This document shows, piece by piece, positions 1-10,300 of a stretch of 56,612 bases of DNA. A program made the position numbers and the translations under genes. Within the stretch, counting starts at the first letter, position 1. The number at the start of each line of letters is the position of its first letter. The stretch spans positions 476,991-533,602 of the forward strand of contig NW_003314288.1 in NCBI RefSeq assembly GCF_000143415.4. Reading direction: 5' to 3'. The notes beneath the pieces were generated by a model, which was not told the DNA's origin, made no database searches, and worked only from the letters and a program-made list of their open reading frames with translations. Source of the DNA: Selaginella moellendorffii (lineage: Eukaryota > Plantae > Lycopodiophyta).

Positions 1-276
1 CTTCCTATTCCTGACTCTCGAGACACTTCCCGATTCCTGAGTCTCGAGCCACATTCCTGATGATGATGTGGTGCCTCCTCGACCTCAGCTATATTTAGGC
101 CGTCCTCGATCCAAGAGTGGTGGAGCTTCATCAACCTATAGTATATATAGGTTAGCCTTGTTCCATTTCTCCACAATCTGAATCAACGCCAGTCTAAGGC
201 CTCTTCTTTGTTTCCACTAGCTTTTCTCTTTGTCTTTTTGCATTTTCCAGTCTTGATCTTGTCAGGGGTCTTGACA
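1..276 (+). repeat. LTR (5'-truncated by the window edge) of a Ty3/Gypsy chromovirus
   Basis: Near-identical to the LTR at 49417-49777; ends ...GGGGTCTTGACA; TATA-like TATAGTATATATAG at ~137-150; ~25-bp internal tandem units (ATTCCTGACTCTCGAGACACTTCCC). Confidence 0.93.
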
Positions 277-278
277 GT

Positions 279-293
279 TTGATTCAGATTGTG
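279..293 (+). promoter_or_regulatory. Self-priming-type primer binding site (non-tRNA PBS)
   Basis: TTGATTCAGATTGTG starts 2 nt after the LTR end, lacks the TGG of tRNA PBSs, and is the exact reverse complement of LTR 172-186 (CACAATCTGAATCAA) just downstream of the TATA box. Confidence 0.75.
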
Positions 294-338
294 CTTTTTC
301 GTTTTTTCATTTAGCTCGTTTTGATTGTTTGATTACCT

Positions 339-1086
339 TTGCCTTTTTTTTTCCCCCTTTTTTCTTTCTTCTTGCCAATGGAGTCTCCAAGCCATCCTGA
401 TTTCTTTGCTGAAGTCCTTGCAAAAATCCAGTCTGAGAATACCGAGCTGAAGGCGACCCTTCTTCGCATGCAGCAGGAACTTGCTTCACTTTTGGCTCAA
501 GGATCCAGCAAAGTTCCTAAACCGAAGGTGAGCTTCCCGGCGAAATTTTCAGGCAAGCGTTCGGAGCTTCGCGGATTCCTGAACCAGATGGAGTTGATCT
601 TCGCACTTCAACATTGGCAGTACCCTACTCCCGAGTCTCAAATCGGCGCGATTGGGATGTTGCTCGAAGGTGCAGCTTTGTCATGGTTTTCTCCTCTTTT
701 GGAGAAGAGCATGAAAGGTGTCGTGGTTCCAGAACTGATGGATCTTCAATTGTTCAAAGAGAAGCTCGAAGCATGTTTTGGCGAGACAGATCGGGTTCGG
801 GCTGCTATCACAAAGATGGCGCACTTCTTGCCATGTACCAAGGAGTTTTCGGGTGAGGACATGGCAAAACTGGTATTCAGGGAAATTTTCCGACTTCATG
901 GGATTCCTACAGATGTGGTTTCGGATCGGGGGCCTTAGTTCATCTCTCATTTCTGGCAACGGTTTTTGCAGCTGCTTGGAGTGAAGGCCAACCTCTCTTC
1001 GGCATATCATCCTCAAACTGATGGGCAGTCCAAGCGAACGATTAGACGTTGGAACAATTCTTGAGGTGCTTCATCAACTATCATCA
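339..1086 (+). pseudogene. Internally deleted chromovirus: gag N-terminus fused in frame to an integrase core fragment
   Basis: Gag motifs PAKFSGKRSELRGFL...LLEGAALSWF; from ~808 the sequence matches 48328-48606 (TKMAHFLPC...SDRGP...HPQTDGQ); CAG>TAG at 936; homology ends abruptly at 1086. Confidence 0.9.
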
Positions 1087-1702
1087 AAGCTCTATTTCGT
1101 TAAAGTGGGATTTATTCAGTAAAATGGGACTAGGTACAAATTTTCAAGTATTTGAAAATGATGTGAAATTATATGTTTTTTGTCCAGGGGCTAGACATAT
1201 CTGGGGCATGGTGACTAGCGCAGTGACTTTGTGTCCAGACTGAGTCCATCTGGTTGTATAATAAATCTCATTGTCAAGGTGAACAAGCCGAATCTGAAGC
1301 TAAAGAAGAGCGATGGCATGCGCGCACACACTATTTGTTTGTTCATTGAGCGTGTGGTGAGCTTTCCAAGATGAACGTCATTCCTATTAGCCAGACATAT
1401 AACTTAATGGTGAGAACATTTAAATATTATTCAATGTTATCTTTTTCTAACGAATCTAATTGTGAAGGTGTAGCAAGAGGCATTGCTAGTCTGGAGAAGT
1501 CATTTAACTCATTTGACCCTTAGTGTATTTTCATGAAACTAAATAACATTCATATTATTAAGGAATTTCTCTAGTACCTTTTTTTTACGACATAGAGGCT
1601 TGCATTTCTTTCAAAGGTGATTTAGTAAAAGGCCTGAGGGCACATGCCATTCTATTTCTCAGACCGGTATTAAGATATACTAGTGAAAAGAGCCACATGC
1701 CA

Positions 1703-4700
1703 TCACGCCTCCTCTGATTCAGATTCGGATTGTTCACCTTGAAATAAAATACATTAGAAACTTAGTAAAGGAATATTAATGAATCTCACCTTGAACCCGG
1801 GTTATGAATGCTCTTGCTGCATCTCTTGCATGGTCTGGCAAGGTGATGGTGGCACTCTGCTTCCGCATCCAACCATGCACAACATTATCCACCGATATGC
1901 TCATGCNNNNNNNNNNNNNNNNNNNNNNNNNNNNNNNNNNNNNNNNNNNNNNNNNNNNNNNNNNNNNNNNNNNNNNNNNNNNNNNNNNNNNNNNNNNNNN
2001 NNNNNNNNNNNNNNNNNNNNNNNNNNNNNNNNNNNNNNNNNNNNNNNNNNNNNNNNNNNNNNNNNNNNNNNNNNNNNNNNNNNNNNNNNNNNNNNNNNNN
2101 NNNNNNNNNNNNNNNNNNNNNNNNNNNNNNNNNNNNNNNNNNNNNNNNNNNNNNNNNNNNNNNNNNNNNNNNNNNNNNNNNNNNNNNNNNNNNNNNNNNN
2201 NNNNNNNNNNNNNNNNNNNNNNNNNNNNNNNNNNNNNNNNNNNNNNNNNNNNNNNNNNNNNNNNNNNNNNNNNNNNNNNNNNNNNNNNNNNNNNNNNNNN
2301 NNNNNNNNNNNNNNNNNNNNNNNNNNNNNNNNNNNNNNNNNNNNNNNNNNNNNNNNNNNNNNNNNNNNNNNNNNNNNNNNNNNNNNNNNNNNNNNNNNNN
2401 NNNNNNNNNNNNNNNNNNNNNNNNNNNNNNNNNNNNNNNNNNNNNNNNNNNNNNNNNNNNNNNNNNNNNNNNNNNNNNNNNNNNNNNNNNNNNNNNNNNN
2501 NNNNNNNNNNNNNNNNNNNNNNNNNNNNNNNNNNNNNNNNNNNNNNNNNNNNNNNNNNNNNNNNNNNNNNNNNNNNNNNNNNNNNNNNNNNNNNNNNNNN
2601 NNNNNNNNNNNNNNNNNNNNNNNNNNNNNNNNNNNNNNNNNNNNNNNNNNNNNNNNNNNGCAGCTTCAACAGTGCCTTTGATGCAATTTTGGAATTCATC
2701 GTAGAGTTGTGGGAGGGTGAGGACATTGGATCGCCAGAGGGACTCTACCAAGTGACTGAACATGGCATCGACGTCTTCATGAGTGTGCCCAACCATGAGA
2801 AAGCCAAGTGTAACCGTTTCAAATATGCCTTTGGTAACAAGCATCGCCAAGTACGCGAAGACGTACATGTTTTTGTTCTCACTGCCAGCATTGTCTGTTT
2901 GGAGCAGAAGATGGGGTGGAAGGCCACATCAGCCACAAGAACTTCCTTGAGATTCTGCTTCGTTTGGATGAGGCTGTGCATTCACCGGGCGACCAGCCTC
3001 GTCGGAATGGCATGAGGCCTCACGTGATAACCCTACAATCTGACGGCCAACATATTCACTGGGATGGCATGGGGCCCCACGCGATACTGCAAGCCTTTGC
3101 TCCTCCTCCAGCTGAACCCTATATGGGGTTCGATCGACAAGGGCCTTATGCAAGGGTTGGCCGTTCAGCTCAGTCTGCGCACTTTGCAGAGACCTTAAGT
3201 GTTTTGCTAGGGACGCAATCATCATGTTTGCACCCCCGCCACCCCATAGAGGTACAAAGAAGTTCCCATAGTTCTGGGCACCATGCCCATGAGCGATTAT
3301 GCCAAACAGAGACACAGGCAGTTGCATGGATGAAGAGATTGCCTTGGGGGCAGGATTGAGTCGAGGTAAGCACGTCTTTTTCTGGTCCATTTTGTCGTGG
3401 ATGATGCAGAGGTAAGAGTCAGGTCTCTCCATGGAGAGAATCCTGTTATGATAATATGCAGTCCTGCAGCTTCTCTGCTCGATGTTGTGGTCAAGCCGCC
3501 TTCTAACCAACGTCTCTCGCTCTTGAGCGCTGCAAGAATTCTTCGACAAAGCCATTTTGATAGCAGTGCACTCGTCACACTTTGAAAAGCTGGAGTACTT
3601 TCCTATACTCACATCCCTGAACCTGTTGCTCCACAATCTACTAAATCTAGATTGGCTCAGCTTCCTGTAGCCATTACTCTGGAGTTCCCGATTCACATCT
3701 TCCAATATGGCCCCCTTGGTATACATGGAAGGGAGAACTCGTTGGGTGTCTCGTGTTCCATCTTCCAAGAGGTGGGTTTTATGTGGTTGCTACTCGCTAT
3801 ATGTCTCGACAAACCTCTTGAAGATTGCCTCTCCATATACAACATGACCCCTGGTTTTGTGCGTACCGTCGTTCCCATGGATTGCCTGTTGAACCCTTTG
3901 TTCCTCGAACTCAGTTTTGATTCTATAGAATGTGCTTCGAGGGACTCCATAAATGATTCTCCATGCCTTCATGCAGACCAAACCCCTCTGGAAGACCATG
4001 CCCCCCACCTGATGTTCTGAAGCATCAACAGATGACCATAATGCCTCATACACAAAATTGCGAGCTGCCTTCCAGGACAATGTCTTGTATCTTGCTCTCT
4101 CCTCTTCAATAGCATCCCAATCAGCATGTTGACAGCACCTCCTCTTGCAACAAGCAACTGTCGAGACCATTCGAACCTCCATCGCCATTTTCTGCCTTTT
4201 CGGTTCGTTGCTCAGATCCCTTTGGCTGCGCTTTAGGAAGGTGTACTTTCTTTTCCCATGAAGAGATTTTCTGTCATCAGTTGTAGTGGTGTTTGATTGT
4301 GAATCCTTCACATTCTCAAACACTAAGTGCCTCAATTTCCACCGCACAATGCTTCCAATAGTCAGACTGTTTTCTTCTGTGTCAACAACCTCTAAAATCG
4401 CAACTCCAATATCATCCCAGCCCAATTCTTGATTAGCAACCGCATCTCTTGGATCGACAACTGTGGCTAAGCCCTCAGCTACTACCTCCCCCTCGGGGTT
4501 GTTTAAAAACACCTTTGCCTGAATCCATGTAGCACGGTTCTTAAGATCCACAGAGGGAACATGCGTCGCACTTGCGCTGTCCCCAACATCTGCTTTCTTC
4601 TGCAGATTTTTCAAGGCAACAACAACATTTACCCCGACGACCATCTCTCCTCGTTCAATAGCGACCACATTCCCATCGAAGACAGTCTCTACTGATACAG

Positions 4701-4827
4701 CAGCATTGCCTTCCCCAAGCCTTTGACAGTGTATAACAAAGTTCCGATCCATAGACACAAGGGTCCCTTTTGCAACTCTCTTCCCACCATTCAAAATGTA
4801 AACCTTTTCCCCAACCCTGAAGGCCAT
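1703..4827 (-). pseudogene. Sola-like (DUF7869-type) DDE transposase with two premature stops
   Basis: ORFs 3790-4827, 2929-3768 and 1885-2868 share one frame, separated by TAG (3792-3790) and TGA (2931-2929). Motifs FSKCDEC...H...R..YY, IIHDKMDQKKTCLP, LLLQTDNAGSENKN, FLMVGHTHEDVDAMFS. Last intron 1789-1738; last exon GEQSESESEEA* ends at 1703. N gap at 1907-2659. Confidence 0.8.
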
Positions 4828-5184
4828 TCTGAAAGTGCAGAAAAGAAGTTAAGACCATACAAAAAATGATTGGAGAATGGCCTAAATCATAACATACCAA
4901 ATAGCATGAGGCCACATGCCATTATTCAAACATGCTATTGACACCCATGTGAAATTTCGCATTCACAAAATTGGCATGAGCCCTCATGCCATCTTGATAT
5001 ACACACAGCTGCAGGCAAGTAAAAACATACATGACAATACGCTAGCCATGAAATTGCAAGGGCCCAAGATGGCATGTGGCCTCATGCCATTTCTAAATGT
5101 GGTCCTAAACCATTCCATGGTGAACATACCAGGAAGCACAAGTGCCGAATATCAAGAGGAAGCGGTAGCCACACCAAAGACAGT

Positions 5185-5300
5185 GCCGCTCGCAACACCG
5201 CAACTACTCGTAACGCCGCTCGCAACACCACAACTGCTCGTAGCGCCGCTCGCACAAATTGCCACTCGCATAAACTGCCGCTCGCAATGGCGCTCGCAAT
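5185..5300. repeat. GC-rich ~30-bp tandem repeat (GCCGCTCGCAACACC...) upstream of the transposase gene
   Basis: Units at 5185-5214 and 5215-5244, followed by partial CGCTCGCA copies. Confidence 0.75.
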
Positions 5301-6113
5301 GCTGCAACCGCTTGTAAACGCATAAACCACAGCTCACAACGCCGCTTACACAAGCAGCGCTCACTGCGCTCAGCGGAACCAAGAACACGGCGCACAAAAA
5401 TGATAGACCTAGGAATGAGTTCGAGAATTCAAAAATAACACACGCTTGAACGTCATATCAAATCCTCTGACAAACCAGATCTTATGATTCCTCTGACAAA
5501 TTTCAAACTGAGTAGCTTCTAGACTTTGCTGTCGGAGGTTGAACTTTGTCACATCATGTCCTTGCCTCGATCCAGCTGTGCCATGTCAGTGATTCGAACT
5601 TTGCCATGCCATGTCAGCGATCCGCGCCAAGATTATTCGCCGTGTAAAGGAATAATTATGCTGTGTGTGTACGTCCATTTATGGCAATATAAGGCCACAC
5701 GCCATTCAAAGAATAATGCTAGTCGAGCATTTTTTGGTGCATTTTTGGGTTCAAAATTGCATAAGCCCACACGCTATAAAGTTTACCTGAACCAAAAATA
5801 GAAACAGCTTTATTTACTTGGGAATTTAAGTGGTTGAGGCATTTTTAAACTTACAAACACATGCCCTACTTACATTCATTTGGTTGCTTAAAATTCAAAA
5901 ATATTATAAACCTTTCTTTTTGCATTTTCAATGTTTTCAATTATGGTTTTTGATTTTCGTAGGACCAGCCTAGTAATCTATTTGCATCCCGTCATGTTTA
6001 TAGCTAGCTTTCGTTTGTCCCCTTTGCTGGCCTGAGATACATCTGCTCGGAATCTGCCTCTTACAGCATTTGCCCAGAAAGGGCATCTTTCTTCACGCAG
6101 CATTTGCCACATG

Positions 6114-6144
6114 TTTAGGGTTAGGGTTTAGGTTTAGGGTTTAG
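6114..6144 (+). repeat. Short interstitial plant telomeric repeat / telo-box array
   Basis: TTTAGGGTTAGGGTTTAGGTTTAGGGTTTAG. Confidence 0.8.
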
Positions 6145-7033
6145 CAATTCAGTAGCTTGATAAACATGCAAATACAGAACTTGATGCAAAATCCTTTGAT
6201 ATGTCACAATGCCCCTAGGACCATAAACACATTTCAATAGAGAGGGTCCTTTCATTTCATAACTCCTACGTAGATCTTGGTAAAACCAGAGTTAGTGAAG
6301 TTGGTTTCTTGTGATCCTGCATCTGATTGTGATGTCCCTTTGCAGTGTCGATGGAAAGGTCAATGCACACCAAACTGTAGAATCTTGGAGCAAAATAACG
6401 GTCGGATCTATGGCAAATGCCCCTGAAACATTGTAAGGCTCGTGTGGTCTCATGTGGTGTCTGATCGAGATGCTTCTTTGCAGGGTCATCAAGAAGGACA
6501 TTGTATACCATTCTGTAAAATCTAGTTGCAATCTAACGGTTGGATTTCCAGGAAACTCAAAACAATCTCGTGCGTGTCAGAATATTCTAGGAATATACTC
6601 CTATGTGCTCCTGAAAATGGCATGCAGCCCCACGCCATTCAAGAGATAACGCCAGATGATGCCGAGCAGTTTTTGGGATCAAAATTGCATGAGCCCACAC
6701 GCTTGAACGTCACATCAAATCCTCTGACAATTTATTTAGCTGAACATCTGGCATTTTTGGAAATACAAGATGCTTTAGAATATCCAATCATGCATGGTAT
6801 AAATATAGCGAGGGTATTAAATGATATCCCAATCATAATCTTTCTTTTGGATTTCGCGTGCATGCAGTCCGAGGAATGATGACGTTGCGGATTTCTCTTG
6901 GATTTCACGCATGCGCGCGCCGATCCAGAAATTAATGGTGGCGCCCAAGTCCGAGGAATGATGATGTGGCGGGATTACCAACCGTCATGACATTTCGCGC
7001 GTGTGAGGTTAGGTTTTGCATTTTGCTTCATAC

Positions 7034-7172
7034 TCGCGCTCGCACACTCGCACTCGCATCGCGCTCCCACTCGCGCTCCCACTTCTCTACAGGTTTCTCG
7101 TGTGCATCGGCGTCCACTCGCGCTTGCATCACACTCGCGCTCGCATCGCGCTCATGTGCATCGGCGTCCACT
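7034..7172. repeat. GC-rich CTCGC(A/G) low-complexity repeat upstream of the ParB-like gene
   Basis: Repeated CTCGCGCTCGCA/CTCGCATCGCGCTC units; duplicated TGTGCATCGGCGTCCACT at 7101 and 7155. Confidence 0.7.
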
Positions 7173-7373
7173 TCAAGACACACCCAGTTTGTAACTTCGC
7201 CGCCAACTCCGCCGCCCACTCCGCCACCCACACGCAGCCCACTTGGCGTCTCGGGAGATTTCAGCGCCACTCTCCAACTGTAAGTGGCAGAGTAGCCTTG
7301 CTGCTACGATCTGCTGCACACATAGTGCACATTCGCCAGCGAGTCCGGTTGTCACGCCTCCATTCGGCTTCAA

Positions 7374-10300
7374 ATGGTAAGTCTTTTAGGCCAAGTAGAA
7401 AATGGCATGAGGCCACATGCCATTCAGTAGCAACATTGGCATGCACCGATTGGGCTCTCGAGTGCAGTCCGGTTACAGATGGCGTGTAGCCTCACGCCAT
7501 CTTAGGATGCAGCCTCAAGACATCTGATGCAGTGGTGAATGGCGTGTGGCCTCACGTTATTTCCAGCTACTAGCTTTTCATCTGTCAGCTCTAATTGTTG
7601 TGCATTTTTGAATAGGCGAGGAATTGTGTTCTTCTTCTAGCCACTGTCAATGTGGATGCAGAGAAGGGGGAGGAGCTCACCAGTTGGACTTTCGGGATGG
7701 AAGGCGAGGATCTGAGGCTGTACAGCACAGATGGTGGGAGAAAAGAATGCATGGGGATCGTCATCCAAGTGACAGACACTCCATGCAGTTCCATGCAAGA
7801 ATATGGACTGGCACTTGTGGTAGAGACAGCGTCTGCCTTCAAGATCCACCTTGCACATCCTAGCGGCTTCCCGGAGGGGGGCAGCGGCTATGAGGAATTC
7901 CTAGAGGGAGCTAGGGAGAGGTTGTCCAGGAGGCCCACAATTTCAAAGATGCTGCGGGTCTATGAAGATCACATGGAATCCACGGACCTCACCTACGGCG
8001 ATGTTCAAAAACTATATTCCAACATTGAGCCGTTGAGAGTGACTCCAGTTCGCGAAGCAAAGGGGAAGGGGGTCGATCTGGAAACCTCGGAGCAGAAAAG
8101 GGTGGTCAAGCTCAAGCCGACGTCCGACTCTCCTGCTCCAAAAAAGAAGCTACTCAGTGATGCCATTGCCTTGGGTTCGAACACTACACCCACCAAAAAG
8201 AAGAGCCGCAAAGAGCAGAAAGAGCAAGAAGAGGCAGCAAAAGTCGTCGCAGATAATAGTACTTGTTACTATTCCAACAAAGTATATACAATCGACGTGA
8301 GCCGTATCGACATCCAAAGCAAATACAACCACAGGCTAGTATCTGATGAGTGGGTGGAGAAACTGAAGCAGAAGATGCTGGCAAGTCCAGTAACACCCGA
8401 CATCGCAGACGTGATCCCCTACTACCAAACAATGAAGGGCGAGACGAGGTTTCCAGACTTGATCAATAGGAAGGTGTTGGACGATCAGAACATCCGGTTC
8501 TATGCCGTCTCCGGGCAGCATTCTAGCTTGGCGATGCAAGAGATAGTTGTGGATATTATGGTGGGCGAGGAGGTGAAGAAAGTCTTCAAGACAAGAGTTG
8601 TCCGCCTGATAAAAGGCAACTCGCCCCTCCGATCTATCATATACATCTCCCACGCGCAGAATGTCAAGCAAGAAACGTGCTACAAATCGGGTCTGCACGA
8701 GACATTGGCACGAACACGGAAGCTCTGGGTTCAACTAAAGAAGCCACAAAAACCAGGACAAGGACGTGCACTAGTAACTAGCGCCTGGCAGGTAAGCCTC
8801 GTTGCATGTGGCATAGCATGTGGCCTCACGCCATTTCCATTGCAAGAATTCTCGAGTCTTCTCTTGAAAACACTGGGGGTCAATGACACACTCAGCATCC
8901 ATAACATTCTACTCGCGACAAAAGTTGTTTTTGACAAATGGGTAGATGTGCTGAGGAGGTACCATGACGGGGAGTTGCCAAACTCAATGGGTGTGGAGGA
9001 CGGCCGGAAGCCCAATGATTTGAAGCTCAACGCCTTGCGTTTCTCGCGGTCTCTAGATGACGACGACCTTCTGACAGTGGCTAATGCTCTTCTACGTGGT
9101 GAGGTAGTCTTCAACAAGACCAAAATGACTCCCGGCCATATTGTGACATACGAGGACTTGTGCACGACTCTGAGAGCTCGTGCGCTATTCAAGGATTGGA
9201 TCTTCGAGCAAGTGGCCGTGGAGAGGGTGAGCATCGACACCACGCAAGAGATGATGGAAGCGCTGGAGTTGTCAAATGAAGACATCGACGAGTACGTGAA
9301 GGGGGCCCCCAAGTTCATCGATCTGCTGCGGGATGCCACGAAAAGTAAAGCTGAGAAGTTGGATCAGTATCCAAATTTCATTAAGATTGATGTCGACCGC
9401 CGGCTTCAGAAACAGCTCGACCCCGTAGCAGAGGCCTATCGAGAACCTTACCGGGTATACTTGAATTCGGATGAGGATCAAAGGTGGAGGAGCATCGTTT
9501 CCCGCAGAGATGAGCAGGTCAAGAACATCTTTTGTGTGATGGACTTCACAAACGAGGAGATCACTCATGCAGACGAAGTCAGCTCCATCATTGACTTAAT
9601 GGTGGGACTTGCGGAGGTGGAATCTTCAGTCCACTATATGATCTACGACTCCGAATCCTATCACAAGTTCTGGAAGGCCTTGAACGAGGTGAAGGCTCAG
9701 TTGAAAGGCAAGGAGATGCGGGAGATCCATGGGATAATGGCTAAGAAGAAGATACCGACGAATGTCCACATCTTCACACTCGCCCTTGTTATTGGTCCTG
9801 CAGCAGAGTGGGACTGGGGTGACTTCCCAGCTTCGTTCGACAAGGCCAATCGAATTGATCTGAGGGAGGTCAATTTACCCGTGCCTGAGGAACTGAAGAC
9901 GGCTATGGAGCTTTCGAATCCAAAGAAAGCTCCAGGTGCAGCATGGGAAATGCTCAGCTGGGTCTTCAACGCAATAGCGGGTGGGTCACCTGCTTCCGAC
10001 TCCAAGGGCAAATGCGTTGTCGAGTACAACTGCGGCGGACTATTCTTTCGAGCCGCACTACTCAAGGGTGTCCCGTGTGTTGCGGTGACAAACTCCATTG
10101 AAGAGGTGACTTCAATGGAGCATATAATTACAGGTTCCAAAGAAAAACAGTATCTTCTCTGCGAACCTGGTGAGTACACACTTTAAGTTTAAATGTTATC
10201 TCACAAGCTCTGTATGCAGGAGCGTGGCCACCCCCAGATGCTGAAACGGCGTTAACAGCTACTGTTGAAGATACCCATGTTGGGCCGAGCTCACAACCTG

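Noticed and set aside
1776-3015. Long ORFs 1779-2681, 1804-3015 and similar ORFs at 13140-13590
   Set aside because: Artefacts of translating through N gaps.
6114-6144. Chromosome end or healed break
   Set aside because: Only ~4 imperfect units; consistent with a telo-box cluster.
9525-10110. Active DNA methyltransferase call
   Set aside because: No intact DPPY/SPPY or FxGxG motif; only a degenerate fold can be suggested.
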